The notes below the pieces were generated by a model, which was not told where the DNA came from, did not search any database, and saw nothing but the letters and a program-made list of their open reading frames with translations. From positions 205,066 to 269,065 of IMG/VR virus record IMGVR_UViG_3300011890_000001: a stretch of DNA of 64,000 bases. One strand, written 5' to 3'. The first letter of the stretch is position 1; every line of letters starts with the position of its first letter. The position numbers were made by a program, and so were the translations under genes. Below, piece after piece: positions 30,599 to 40,866 of this stretch. Origin of the DNA: a virus. Its lineage: Duplodnaviria; Caudoviricetes.

Positions 30599-32875
30599 GT
30601 GATTCTCTTTCTAGACGACTGGAAAAAATACCCTACCGCTATCGCTGACTTCAAGACGACCAATACTTCATTCCTACGGCTTTCCCAGCTTTACAAATCC
30701 CTGGGTGTTGCAAACAACGTATTCCATCTCTCGCTCATGAACCCTGACCTTCAGGGCATTGATCCGTTCTCGGACAAGCTGACGCGAGACCAGATGGTGG
30801 CCATCGCAGTCGAGTGTGCTGTTAACCCTTGGTACTTCTTCCGCGAAGTTGTTCGAGTCCCCCCACAGGCAGGTCCGAAGCCGGTTCGTCTGGAGGGCAA
30901 CCGTGGCAATATCGGGTTGTTCTGGTCTTTCTTCAATCACATCGACGTTGCGTTGATCCAGCCGCGACAGACCGGTAAGTCGGTATCGACCGACTGCCTG
31001 ATGACCAACATCACCTACATGTCCACCGACAATACCACGGTGACCATGATTACCAAGGATAACGATCTGCGTCGTAAGAACGTGGAACGTTTGAAGAAGA
31101 TTCGCGACATTCTGCCGAAGTACCTGATCAACCTGGGGCCGGATGATGCGGACAACCAAGTCGAGCTTACCTACAAGGCACGTTCGAACTCCTACATGAC
31201 GGCTGTGGCTCAGAACTCCGAGTCGGGCGCAAATAACGTGGGTCGTGGTTTGACCTCCCCGATCCTCCACTCTGACGAAACGCCATTCACGTACTTCATC
31301 AACATCATTCTGCCGGCAGCACTGGCAGCCGGTACCGCTGCTCGTAACGAAGCCCGAGCCAATGGTCGCCCCTACGGCAATATCTTCACTACGACGGCTG
31401 GTAAGCGCGACACCCGTGAAGGTGCTTACGCATACGACCTGATCTTTGGCGGTGCAGTGTGGGATGAACGCCTGGCGTTTGACAGTAAAAACGAGGCTGA
31501 TCTGCGCGAACGTGTCATCATGAACTGCGCTGGTGAGAACAAAGGCAAGAAGACAGCCAAGCGTGCGTTGTTCAACATCACGCTGTCCCATAAGCAGTTG
31601 GGTAAAACCGACGAATGGCTGATGGACGCTATCTCCAACGCCGGCGGTACGCCCGACTCGATCAACCGAGACTTCTTCAACGTTTGGACGTCTGGTTCTC
31701 TACGTTCCCCTCTGTCTACGGCGCTGAATGAAACCATTCAGAAAGCTGTGAAGAACCCTGCATTCATTGATGTCCGAAGTGGTAACTACTGCATCAACTG
31801 GTACATCAATGAAAAGGAACTTCACAAGAAACTGGCGGCTGGCCGCTACGTGGCTGGCCTGGATACCTCCGAAGCGGTTGGTCGAGACACCATCGCAATG
31901 GTTATCGTGGACGTCGAGACGTTGGAAGTTGTGGGTACGGGTACCTACAATGAAACCAACCTGATTCGTTTCTCCAAGTTCCTTGGTGAAGTCCTGCTGG
32001 AGTTCCCGACCATCACCCTGGTACCGGAACGCAAGTCGACCGGTCAGATGATCGTGGACTATCTGATCTTGCAGCTGGCTGCCGCAAGTGTAGATCCGTT
32101 TAAACGCATCTACAACAAGATCGTTGACGAGGCCGACAGTAATCCGGAAGCCTACCGTGAACTGAATCGTCCGGTGAACATGCGTAACGAGGCCTTCTAC
32201 GATACTCGAAAGAGTACGTTCGGTTTCGTAACCACTGGACCGTCGCGTACACTGCTTTACACTACCGTACTTCAGAATGCTGCCAAGAACGGCGGCAGCG
32301 GTGTGTACAGTGATCGACTCTCCTCCGAGATCCGTCAGCTGGTTGTAAAGAACGATCGCATCGACCACCAGTCGTCTGGACACGATGACCACGTGATCGC
32401 ATGGCTGTTGGCTCACTGGTTCATGAACCATGCACGCAACCTCTCGCACTATGGCATTGACCATACTCGTGTGATGTCGGCATTGTCTGTGATTGAGACC
32501 AAGCAACTCGATCCAGTTCAGTCGTACAAAGATCGCTATCAGAAACAGCTCTTAAACGAAATCTCCGACCTTCTGGAGCAGTTGGATAACGAGTCTGATA
32601 GTTGGGTAGTCAACAAGCTAGAAGCGCGCTTAAAATCGCTCTCAGGGCGTTTGACGAACCAAGACTCTATCGACTATGCGCGCAGTATCGACGGTGCGAT
32701 CAATAGTTCTCGTGAGAATCGAGAAAAGCAACGCATGTTGGGACGACATAGTGCCAACCGCACTGCTCCTAACGGCGGTAATCCGTACAGGTCAGTTGAA
32801 CTAAACCAAGGCCCGCGCGCCAACTATGGTGGCGGGTACGGAAACAACAACCGTAGCTTTGTGACTTACCACTAA
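30599..32875 (+). CDS. terL: Terminase large subunit (phiKZ gp25-like)
   Basis: NPWYFFRE, Walker A PRQTGKS, Walker B HSDE, TTTAG coupling motif, nuclease GLDTSE...HDDHV. Confidence 0.93.
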   Translation: MILFLDDWKKYPTAIADFKTTNTSFLRLSQLYKSLGVANNVFHLSLMNPDLQGIDPFSDKLTRDQMVAIAVECAVNPWYFFREVVRVPPQAGPKPVRLEGNRGNIGLFWSFFNHIDVALIQPRQTGKSVSTDCLMTNITYMSTDNTTVTMITKDNDLRRKNVERLKKIRDILPKYLINLGPDDADNQVELTYKARSNSYMTAVAQNSESGANNVGRGLTSPILHSDETPFTYFINIILPAALAAGTAARNEARANGRPYGNIFTTTAGKRDTREGAYAYDLIFGGAVWDERLAFDSKNEADLRERVIMNCAGENKGKKTAKRALFNITLSHKQLGKTDEWLMDAISNAGGTPDSINRDFFNVWTSGSLRSPLSTALNETIQKAVKNPAFIDVRSGNYCINWYINEKELHKKLAAGRYVAGLDTSEAVGRDTIAMVIVDVETLEVVGTGTYNETNLIRFSKFLGEVLLEFPTITLVPERKSTGQMIVDYLILQLAAASVDPFKRIYNKIVDEADSNPEAYRELNRPVNMRNEAFYDTRKSTFGFVTTGPSRTLLYTTVLQNAAKNGGSGVYSDRLSSEIRQLVVKNDRIDHQSSGHDDHVIAWLLAHWFMNHARNLSHYGIDHTRVMSALSVIETKQLDPVQSYKDRYQKQLLNEISDLLEQLDNESDSWVVNKLEARLKSLSGRLTNQDSIDYARSIDGAINSSRENREKQRMLGRHSANRTAPNGGNPYRSVELNQGPRANYGGGYGNNNRSFVTYH

Positions 32876-32877
32876 AC

Positions 32878-32916
32878 GGCATAAGCCCCCTCCCTTTTAC
32901 GGGAGGGGGCGTTATG
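32878..32916. terminator. Bidirectional terminator with GGCATAA/TTATG flanks
   Basis: gccccctccc/gggagggggc between convergent genes. Confidence 0.75.
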
Positions 32917-32932
32917 TTCGCCATACTACGAA

Positions 32933-33361
32933 TCAGACTTCGATGTCGTAGCGAATGTACGATTCCTTGAATTCGTTCAAGAACGCATGGAGCGCGTACA
33001 TGTGGGGAAGGGTCGTGCGTCGGAGCAGTGGATTGCAAAGCAGCGGGTAATGCTTGGGTACAAACAGCTGCTCTGGAAGACGTGCCCGGGTTTCGTCATC
33101 AGCAGCCGCCGTCACCTCATAGACTGCATGGGTGATGTCTGGCATCCAGCAAGCTTTATGTCGCGTCCGGTAAAGCGTCTTGTTGATCGTGATGGTGATG
33201 TTCTTACCTGCACGGTCTTCGTCAGACTTTACCGTCACTACTTTGTGCTTAACTGTACCTTTGATTTCCCGAGTAATTCGATCGCCCACCATCCAGTCAA
33301 TGACATGACCGAGGCGTTCTGTCAGATACCTGGCCAGTCGTTCAAAACGCGAAGTAGACAT
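32933..33361 (-). CDS. Hypothetical protein
   Basis: 142 aa, part of a minus-strand accessory run. Confidence 0.6.
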   Translation of the reverse strand: MSTSRFERLARYLTERLGHVIDWMVGDRITREIKGTVKHKVVTVKSDEDRAGKNITITINKTLYRTRHKACWMPDITHAVYEVTAAADDETRARLPEQLFVPKHYPLLCNPLLRRTTLPHMYALHAFLNEFKESYIRYDIEV

Positions 33362-33446
33362 GGCTTTTCTCTAAGGACAAGTAAGTGCCTAACCTCAGAA
33401 AGGTTAGTTCACTGTACATGATAGTCCGACGGTATCGACTGTATTG

Positions 33447-33962
33447 TTACGCTTCGTGTTCGTGCATCACGACAGCGGCGATCAGATCCGGCGGCAGGCT
33501 GGCCATTTCAACCGCACCTCGACTGAGCAACATCAGAACAGTCAAGACTTGATGGCGCTTGAAAGCCTCACACATCTCGGGAAACCCGCGGGTACTGTGA
33601 GACAACTCGTCCAGATTTTCCAGGCCAATAAACGACGGCAGCCTGAGGTAGCCGTTAAAGATGGACGGATCCAATAGCGGATCCAGTCGAGAGACCTCAC
33701 GATCTACCAGCAACTGAAGCTGCCATTCCATCTCGCAGACGACTTCGTCAGGGAACAGGAACTTGTACCTGGTAACCATTTTCCTCACTGCGGCCTCAGG
33801 TATAAAGATATCCCCGGTGTCCGGATAGATGGCTGCTGCACGCCAGTCTTCCTGGAATGGTACGGTGTGCTGAGTGGTGGCGGTGTCGACAAAAAGCCAC
33901 TTTTTCAACCGCTGGATCATGAAGTCCCAAATGAGACGGAGAAGATATTGCATTTGGATCAA
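33447..33962 (-). CDS. Hypothetical protein
   Basis: ~170 aa; overlaps the upstream gene; start uncertain. Confidence 0.6.
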   Translation of the reverse strand: MIQMQYLLRLIWDFMIQRLKKWLFVDTATTQHTVPFQEDWRAAAIYPDTGDIFIPEAAVRKMVTRYKFLFPDEVVCEMEWQLQLLVDREVSRLDPLLDPSIFNGYLRLPSFIGLENLDELSHSTRGFPEMCEAFKRHQVLTVLMLLSRGAVEMASLPPDLIAAVVMHEHEA

Positions 33963-34438
33963 TCCTGATGGGCGATAAAGGAAGGGGGGTAGGTGTTAGA
34001 GACGCGATCCATTTCAAAGATCAGGTCCTGGGGATAGCCTGCGCACGAATCGAGTTCGTATTCGACAAGGTCGTCGAAGTAATAGGCCTGCTTCAGACGA
34101 ATGTCTTCCCTGATTTGGTTCCACAGACCGGCATGAATGGGAATGAACAACCCATCCACCTGCTCGACCTGCAACCGGTAGGTGGTGTCATGGTAGCACG
34201 GCATCCCAAACAGCTGATGGTCTGCAAACTTGACGGTTATGACCAATTCGTGGTAGTATTCGTAGGGAAGGAAGTAATACCGTTTCAGTATTGACTCGAC
34301 TTCCCAACTCAGTTTCACTGCCGGGTGAGTGGGCATGAACAGGAAGGACTTGGGGTCCCAGTCGCCGTTCTTGGACCTACAGACGGCGCCGGCGACAACG
34401 GTGCTTTTCAGTAGCTTTGACTTCAGGAACTTCCACAT
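33959..34438 (-). CDS. Hypothetical protein
   Basis: 159 aa, AGGA RBS. Confidence 0.6.
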   Translation of the reverse strand: MWKFLKSKLLKSTVVAGAVCRSKNGDWDPKSFLFMPTHPAVKLSWEVESILKRYYFLPYEYYHELVITVKFADHQLFGMPCYHDTTYRLQVEQVDGLFIPIHAGLWNQIREDIRLKQAYYFDDLVEYELDSCAGYPQDLIFEMDRVSNTYPPSFIAHQD

Positions 34439-34456
34439 GGGTACAAAATCCTAACG

Positions 34457-34930
34457 TTAGGGGCTTTGATTCAAGGTGAGGTCCAACTTAAGCAGACCGT
34501 GAATGTACTTCTCAACACTCTGGAGACTTTCTAGTCGGTCGTCAGGAGAGGCGTAGATGAATCGACCCGAAGTGTGATCCATTACCACCCTACACTGTTT
34601 CAACAACAGCACTTCCTTTGAGAAGCGACTGACGACATGTGTCGGATACCCATCGCGCGACATCTTGCTCAGGTTGAGTGACAGGCGTCCTGAGTAAAAG
34701 ACGTCATTGGCCTCAGAACCGTCGATATAGAACGTTTGATGGTCAGTGTGGGTGAAGGTAGATTCCACGTACCGGAGGATCTTACCGCGCCGCAGGTGCG
34801 CTTCTAGGTACAGTCCAGCCGGGTAGTCACGGTGATTGATGACCGAACGACTTCTGACGATTGACGGTGGTGGTTCAGGGGTTGGCAGGATCCCGAGGAT
34901 TTCTGCCATTTCTTTCAGAATCTTAAACAA
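34457..34930 (-). CDS. Hypothetical protein
   Basis: 157 aa, TTG start with AAGGA RBS. Confidence 0.55.
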   Translation of the reverse strand: MFKILKEMAEILGILPTPEPPPSIVRSRSVINHRDYPAGLYLEAHLRRGKILRYVESTFTHTDHQTFYIDGSEANDVFYSGRLSLNLSKMSRDGYPTHVVSRFSKEVLLLKQCRVVMDHTSGRFIYASPDDRLESLQSVEKYIHGLLKLDLTLNQSP

Positions 34931-35084
34931 CTTTGTGTCCTTCGATTAAGCGCTTGACTTTCAGAACATAGTCAACCACCTCGTCATTGTAGGTGGCCGC
35001 TATTTCCGGCTCTACAAAAACATACTTACCAGCAGCCAGCTGAAGAACCTGAGTAGCATTTTGTCACCTCTCAGGGTTATAAAA

Positions 35085-35112
35085 AGAGGGAGGCCTATCT
35101 AGGCCTCCCTCT
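35085..35112 (-). terminator. Intrinsic terminator
   Basis: agagggaggcct/aggcctccctct with an A run on the left (U-tract on the minus strand). Confidence 0.75.
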
Positions 35113-35115
35113 GCA

Positions 35116-36348
35116 TTACTTCTGACTTTGGTAGAAGTCCATGGACATAGCCCGCAGGACCAGGTAAAGCTGCAACCCAGTGCGCACCGAGGCCACCATC
35201 GAGCTGTTCCGCGTACCGGTGGCCAGTACGACGATCTTCTCGGAGATCTCCTTGGTTTTGAGCAGTACCGGGTCAGACATGCGCGAGGCGGTGTACAGAC
35301 CACGCAGTCGAGTGATGATATTCCCCAGACCGGAGCGGCTGTTGTAGAGATCACGATCCGCCACAATCAGACCAAAGGCATAGATCAGGGTCTCATCGAC
35401 CAGTTCGGTGATCATGTCCTTATCCCGCTTGGAGTGGCGGTTGATGGACATCCACTCCAAACTGCTGACCAGCAGCTTCGGGTTCATCGTGTGGACCGCA
35501 TCGGCCACGACGTCAATCAGGTCATCGCGAACGAAACTGTTCTTGTCATCCAATACTTCGTGTGCGTAACGAATTAATGACGTGAACTGACGCTGCTTGT
35601 CGTTGAGCACGGCCTGCCCGTTGATCTCACGAACGCTGGTATCCACGCCGAAAGAAACACCGCGACCGTGCAGGTCGTAGAAGATCGTGGCAATGCCCTT
35701 GATCATTTTCTTCAGGCGGCTCTGCACGTCGTTGATGAAGCGGATCACTTCCAGGTCGTCGTCCATCTTGGTGAACGCTCGACGGTGGGTACTGCGCGGA
35801 GAGACCAGCTCTTCGGAACGCACCTTGATCATCTGGTACCAGTTTTCATGGGTCTTAATCATGAACTTACGGCTCATGGCCGCCAGCGTGGCCTGAGCCA
35901 CACCGATGTCGGCCGGGTAGCGCCAGTTGCGGTGCAGCAGACTTCCCAGGTACTTGTACTGGAAGATCTGCATCGTTAGACATTTGCCTTCATCTTTCAA
36001 TTTCGGACTGAGATTGGAAGTCTCAATCCGGTAGAGCAACCAGACGCAGGACTGGTTGAACACGTCGTTGGCTCGAATCCAGTCCTGGTTGTGTGGCAGT
36101 CGCCGGGTCTGTTCGGCGATCAGGTCTTCATCGACGTTGAGGATCTCATCGAACCAGAGCGTTCGATGATGGGGAGTAAAGCGCATCGGATGCGGGCCAG
36201 TGAGCTGCCCGCCGAAGAAGGCGATGTGGTTTTCGTTGTAGTTGACGAAGGCACGCTCAAATTGCCGTAGTCGTTTAATCAGGCTTTCGTCGACGGTAAA
36301 GCCCACGGCTGCTCCGTTGAAGATAGACTTGAAGTTCTCTTTGGACAC
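35116..36348 (-). CDS. Conserved chimallivirus protein (phiKZ gp32-like)
   Basis: 410 aa, GGAG RBS; N..HI.FFGG.L.G and RTGL.LY..LRA motifs as recalled for the family. Confidence 0.6.
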   Translation of the reverse strand: MSKENFKSIFNGAAVGFTVDESLIKRLRQFERAFVNYNENHIAFFGGQLTGPHPMRFTPHHRTLWFDEILNVDEDLIAEQTRRLPHNQDWIRANDVFNQSCVWLLYRIETSNLSPKLKDEGKCLTMQIFQYKYLGSLLHRNWRYPADIGVAQATLAAMSRKFMIKTHENWYQMIKVRSEELVSPRSTHRRAFTKMDDDLEVIRFINDVQSRLKKMIKGIATIFYDLHGRGVSFGVDTSVREINGQAVLNDKQRQFTSLIRYAHEVLDDKNSFVRDDLIDVVADAVHTMNPKLLVSSLEWMSINRHSKRDKDMITELVDETLIYAFGLIVADRDLYNSRSGLGNIITRLRGLYTASRMSDPVLLKTKEISEKIVVLATGTRNSSMVASVRTGLQLYLVLRAMSMDFYQSQK

Positions 36349-36486
36349 GGTAGTCTCCGAGGGGTCTGTAAGGGGCGATGATGAACTATAGGATGGGTCT
36401 TTTTACCCCATTCTGACCCCTCGAAATAGCGTACGTATTTTTTGAAATATTCGCCTAAGCTTGTAAGATACGTTTAATTACTTAGC

Positions 36487-36516
36487 GTAGTAGTATTACT
36501 TAAGTAATACTACTAC
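36487..36516. repeat. Perfect 30-bp AT-rich palindrome in a divergent intergenic region (candidate origin/regulatory site)
   Basis: gtagtagtattactt-aagtaatactactac is its own reverse complement. Confidence 0.85.
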
Positions 36517-36723
36517 TTAACTACTAGTAACTATTAGTAGCTTTTATGACAAGTGGTTTTTTCGAAAAATCGAAAAAAGTAGAAAAGTGGTGAAAAAATC
36601 ACCAGACCTGAAGGGTCTGGATGAATTTCACCCTAGGGTTATCGAGGATAGGTCGAGTGAGTTTTGAGACTCACTCTCCCGTTAACCTATGAGAACACTT
36701 CCATTTCCGAAGGAACCACCGAA

Positions 36724-37206
36724 ATGACTACTAACGCCTCGACCGCGCTTCAGATCGCGATCTACGGTCATCCGACTCAGACGAAACGAATCCTGTCACT
36801 TGACGTGCCAGTTTCGTTTCTGAACCATACCCACACGGGTATGGAAACGCTTCAGCTCGATGAGCACCACGCTAACAAGTCACTGGTCGAACACCTGAAG
36901 GCTCAAGAGGAACTTCAGCGTGGTGCCCAGAAGACCGGCGCCGCTGAGATCTACATCATCGACCCGACTGACCTGGCTCACGGGGGCGCCGGCAGTCATG
37001 CGCTCTACAAGGCGCTGCTGGCGCGCGATCTGAACGGCGACGATAAGCGCGCCGTCGGTCTGATCCCTCTGTCCGATAAGTCGACCGAGGCGGGCGCGCT
37101 GGCAAGCGATCTGGTACGTGAATCCCTGGGCGATCAGATCGCCACCTTCGAAAGCTACGACGAACTGGAGAACTGGCTCACCTGGCAGGCCAACGGGTGC
37201 CAGTGA
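36724..37206 (+). CDS. Hypothetical protein
   Basis: ATG 36724 with AAGGA RBS, 160 aa. Confidence 0.65.
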   Translation: MTTNASTALQIAIYGHPTQTKRILSLDVPVSFLNHTHTGMETLQLDEHHANKSLVEHLKAQEELQRGAQKTGAAEIYIIDPTDLAHGGAGSHALYKALLARDLNGDDKRAVGLIPLSDKSTEAGALASDLVRESLGDQIATFESYDELENWLTWQANGCQ

Positions 37207-37243
37207 GCCTTTCTTGGTAGGTAGCGTGGAGAAATGTGTATTG

Positions 37244-37265
37244 AAAAACATTTCAAGACCATACT
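37244..37265 (+). promoter_or_regulatory. Putative phage promoter motif
   Basis: aaaaacatttcaagaccatact. Confidence 0.45.
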
Positions 37266-37349
37266 GTGTCTGTGACGGCAGCTCCGTAAAATCTGTTTTA
37301 CGACTGGCCAGATGCGTCACAGACCTCTACCTCCTACCGAGAAATTCAA

Positions 37350-38012
37350 ATGTCGATCAAGCACGCTATCGCCGCAATCCTCCACCCTGTCCGTGATGGA
37401 CTGTTCCAGTGGGGAACGGCGTTGCTCCCGAAGGATCGCCGTAACCCCCATCGGGTCTACAAGGACCCGAAGCACCTGGACGACGTTTACCGTCGGGTGT
37501 TCACCTCCAGCTACCAAGCAGCTGCGCTCTACCAGCAGATGCTGATGAGCGACCCGTACTTCGAAAAGCTCTTCCGTGAAAAAGAAGGACGCTACGTTGT
37601 CCGTGTGGCAGTCGTGGCCGAAGAGCTGGTGGCCAATATCTACCAGCTGGGTTACTTCCGCACTTCGGCCCCACTCGACCCCTACAACGACAACTGGGAC
37701 AAGGAAGGCGTTGCCAACCTGTTCGTGCATCGCAAGCTGTCGGAAGGTACTGAACCGGAAATGATCACGTCCTCAATGGTCGTGACCCGCCACATTGGCG
37801 TGGATCCGGAACTGGACTACTTCGGCGACATGAAGTACGACTTCTATGAACCGCTGGAGTCCTACAGCCGCCTGCTCACCAACGAAGAACTGCAGCAGCT
37901 GGCGCCCGTCTGCCGGATCAACCGTCCGGCCATGGAGCGTTACTACGCAGAGCAGGAACACCAGGTCAAGGCCGAGAAGGAACGCCTGAAGCTGGTTTGG
38001 AAAAAGGCATAA
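37350..38012 (+). CDS. Hypothetical protein
   Basis: 220 aa, strong codon bias. Confidence 0.7.
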   Translation: MSIKHAIAAILHPVRDGLFQWGTALLPKDRRNPHRVYKDPKHLDDVYRRVFTSSYQAAALYQQMLMSDPYFEKLFREKEGRYVVRVAVVAEELVANIYQLGYFRTSAPLDPYNDNWDKEGVANLFVHRKLSEGTEPEMITSSMVVTRHIGVDPELDYFGDMKYDFYEPLESYSRLLTNEELQQLAPVCRINRPAMERYYAEQEHQVKAEKERLKLVWKKA

Positions 38013-38019
38013 AGCCCAT

Positions 38020-38053
38020 AGGCCCCCTCACCCGTTAACGGGTGAGGGGGCCG
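38020..38053. terminator. Bidirectional terminator
   Basis: ggccccctcacccg-ttaa-cgggtgagggggcc. Confidence 0.8.
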
Positions 38054-38071
38054 TTATGGTGCCGTTTCTTT

Positions 38072-38884
38072 TTACCAATTACCGCCGACCAGCATGCGCA
38101 GATGGCGCTCGCGAGACTTGGGATCGTCCATCAGGGCAACCTTGGTCCAGATATCGCGCACGTACTCCTGGTACATTTGGTTGGCATCGGCAAACCCATC
38201 GACGATCTCGCGATAGCGACCCAGGTCCATACCGCCAGACAGCTGACCCATACCCATCGGGATGATCTGATGGTTGTAGATATAGGCCTTGACTGCCAGT
38301 TCGACCAGCTTGGAGAAATGCGGGTAGGTCATGTGACCCATCGTCGACAGTTCGTCGTCGTACTCCAGGATGCAGCTCAGGTACGAGCGCCGCGGAATCG
38401 ACACGTAGTCGCTGACCAACACGACGTTCTCACCAATCAGTCGGATATAGGCAGAGGACACCACGGGGATGTTGGCGTGGGAGTTCAGCATACCCTGTGT
38501 GGCTTCGATGATCTGGCTGTAGCCGGCCATACCTGCATGATTCTGATTGGCCACACTGGTGGGGCCAAAGATAATCGACAGCACCTTGCTGATCGGACGG
38601 TTCTGGGTAGCCGCCATCGGAACACGGTAGATGAACCGGTTGACATCGACCTGCTCGACCGGTACGTTGTCCAGGGGGATCTCCACCTGGGTACCACCAA
38701 CGAGCTTACAATCTTCGAGCACGCGTGCATTGATGACCTTTTCACGGATCAATGCGTCGACGCTAATGGGCGTGCTGCGACGCCCAAAGGACCGCCGAGC
38801 TTCAGAGGCCATAAAGGTCTCCTCAAGAACCTCCTTGGGGATGGCCCACTTGACGTCTCGGATAGCTTTTTGAATAACACCCAT
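38072..38884 (-). CDS. Conserved virion structural protein (gp35-like position)
   Basis: ATG 38884 with GGAG RBS; IPKEVL, LAVKAYIYN motifs. Confidence 0.6.
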   Translation of the reverse strand: MGVIQKAIRDVKWAIPKEVLEETFMASEARRSFGRRSTPISVDALIREKVINARVLEDCKLVGGTQVEIPLDNVPVEQVDVNRFIYRVPMAATQNRPISKVLSIIFGPTSVANQNHAGMAGYSQIIEATQGMLNSHANIPVVSSAYIRLIGENVVLVSDYVSIPRRSYLSCILEYDDELSTMGHMTYPHFSKLVELAVKAYIYNHQIIPMGMGQLSGGMDLGRYREIVDGFADANQMYQEYVRDIWTKVALMDDPKSRERHLRMLVGGNW

Positions 38885-39053
38885 TTTTAGGGCTCCCGTT
38901 GAATACTCATATCCATCATACCCCCTTAACCAACGAAATTTCACAACCTCAATATTAACTTGAGTATGGGATCCAGCTTATGTAAAAAAAGCTAGGCCAG
39001 TACTCATTGTTTGGGATATCACCGCAACTTACCCTAAACTGGAGCTAAGTCCA

Positions 39054-39596
39054 ATGGCCTCGCGTTCACCACTAGGAAGTAACTATGGCTGGTACGTTAC
39101 CAGCGATCACATGTACTCGCCACGTGATGTCAATGCAGAGATCCATTCGACGATCGCCCTGACGGCTGTGTCCATGGACACGAAGTTGAAGGCCCTGCGC
39201 AAGTCGCTTGGTCATCCGGTGGCGTTGGGTGTCACTGTGGGCAAAACAACGATGCACATTCGCGTCTATGACTTTTCCGCCGCGAAGTCTAGATCCGATC
39301 AGCTGGCCTCTCGGCTGGCCTTGGCAGGTTCTGAGACAATCACTTACATGACCTTCAATGAACTCGGGGGCTTGGAAGTGCTTGTCGGAAAAGAGCGACT
39401 TGACGTGGCGGGGCACTCGCCCTTGTTCCACGCCACACGCGTCTTGAATCCTGCGATTGCGCAAGCGTTGAACAATCTTCAGGGCCAGTTTACCGGTCAA
39501 CCGGTTACTCGACTGGGCACCCCTGAAACCCAAACCCCCTTGGTTACCGAAGAGATCGTTGATCTCTACGCTACCGAACCTCCTACCCTTGAATAA
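39054..39596 (+). CDS. Hypothetical protein upstream of PhuZ
   Basis: GGAG RBS, 180 aa. Confidence 0.65.
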   Translation: MASRSPLGSNYGWYVTSDHMYSPRDVNAEIHSTIALTAVSMDTKLKALRKSLGHPVALGVTVGKTTMHIRVYDFSAAKSRSDQLASRLALAGSETITYMTFNELGGLEVLVGKERLDVAGHSPLFHATRVLNPAIAQALNNLQGQFTGQPVTRLGTPETQTPLVTEEIVDLYATEPPTLE

Positions 39597-39617
39597 TCGA
39601 ACCAAAAGGAAATACTC

Positions 39618-40601
39618 GTGAGCGCAAACAACAAGAAGCAGAAGACCGTCCGCCTGTACGGCTGTGGTGGTACTGGCATCAACCTGCTTTCGGTGTGGGA
39701 AGCTGACCATGATCGTCTGCTGCCGGCCGGTGGTCTGATCCAGATCTCCTACGTCGATACCTCCGACTCCAACCTGCCGCGTGACCTGAACAAGGATCGC
39801 GTCTACCTGCTGGAAGGCAAGGACGGTTCGGGCAAGGTGCGTTCGGAAAACTCCGAAGAGATCTCCCGCTCCCTGCTGAACCTGCTCCAGAAGATGCCGG
39901 AAGGCGATTTCAACATCGTCCTGTTCTCGGCCTCCGGTGGTTCGGGTTCGGTCTTCGGTCCCCTGCTGATGGCTGAGCTGGCCAAGCGTGGCGTCCCGAC
40001 CGTGGGTATCGTGGTGGGTACCGAAGAATCGGTCATCACCTGCGACAACACCCTGAAGACCCTGAAGACCCTGGAAAACCTGGCCGAACGTACCAGCACC
40101 CCGATGGTCATCAGCTACCACCACAACAAGACCGGCAAGCCGCGTTCGCAGGTTGACATCGAGGCCCGCGAAGTGATGTCCTCCGTTGCCCTGCTGGGCG
40201 GCGGCAACTTTCACTCGCTGGATACCCGCGACATCAGCAACTGGATCACCTACCGTACCACCAACCTGCGTCCGCAGCTGTCGCTGCTGCACGTATACGA
40301 CGACCCGGCAGTTCTGGACGAGAAGGCTTCCGATCCGATCTCCATCGCCTCGCTGCGCAAGGATCCGGACCAGGCCACCTACTCGATCCTGCCGATGTAC
40401 CCGTGCGAAGGCTTCGTGGAGACCCAGATCGAAGGTTTCGATCAGCTCCACTACGTCATCAACACCGCCGGCGTTGCGGTCATCCACCAGATGATCGACG
40501 AGCGCGTGCAGTCCAGCAACAAGATGGCTGCCGGCCGCGTTGAACGCGAAAGCTTGGTCTCCAAGGCCGACGTCGTCTCCGACAGCGGCCTGGTGTTCTA
40601 A
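39618..40601 (+). CDS. phuZ: Phage tubulin PhuZ
   Basis: GCGGTGIN, VDTS, GSGK.R, tubulin signature SASGGSGS, LD..D, and a conserved-type C-terminal tail (VVSDSGLVF). Confidence 0.95.
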   Translation: MSANNKKQKTVRLYGCGGTGINLLSVWEADHDRLLPAGGLIQISYVDTSDSNLPRDLNKDRVYLLEGKDGSGKVRSENSEEISRSLLNLLQKMPEGDFNIVLFSASGGSGSVFGPLLMAELAKRGVPTVGIVVGTEESVITCDNTLKTLKTLENLAERTSTPMVISYHHNKTGKPRSQVDIEAREVMSSVALLGGGNFHSLDTRDISNWITYRTTNLRPQLSLLHVYDDPAVLDEKASDPISIASLRKDPDQATYSILPMYPCEGFVETQIEGFDQLHYVINTAGVAVIHQMIDERVQSSNKMAAGRVERESLVSKADVVSDSGLVF

Positions 40602-40606
40602 TCCAC

Positions 40607-40640
40607 CAGTCGTGGGGGCAGCGCAAGCTGCCCCCACTGG
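40607..40640 (+). terminator. Stem-loop
   Basis: gtgggggcagc-gcaa-gctgcccccac. Confidence 0.7.
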
Positions 40641-40647
40641 AGCCTTT

Positions 40648-40866
40648 ATGTCCAACGATTATTTTGCCTGCGACGTATGTCAGACGGTAGACACGATTGA
40701 ATTTGCCTACCAAAACGACCACCCTGGCGCAGGAGGTTACAAATGTACCCGTTGTCAAACAGGTCAGTGGCACGACAACATGCCCGCCAAAAGCGCCGCC
40801 AACTGGAACGGCCCAAGCTTGATCAACCGGCCGACATCCAAGGGCGATCTATCGCCCTCCTGGTAA
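40648..40866 (+). CDS. Small zinc-ribbon protein (72 aa)
   Basis: GGAG RBS; CDVC...CTRC..GQWH. Confidence 0.6.
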   Translation: MSNDYFACDVCQTVDTIEFAYQNDHPGAGGYKCTRCQTGQWHDNMPAKSAANWNGPSLINRPTSKGDLSPSW

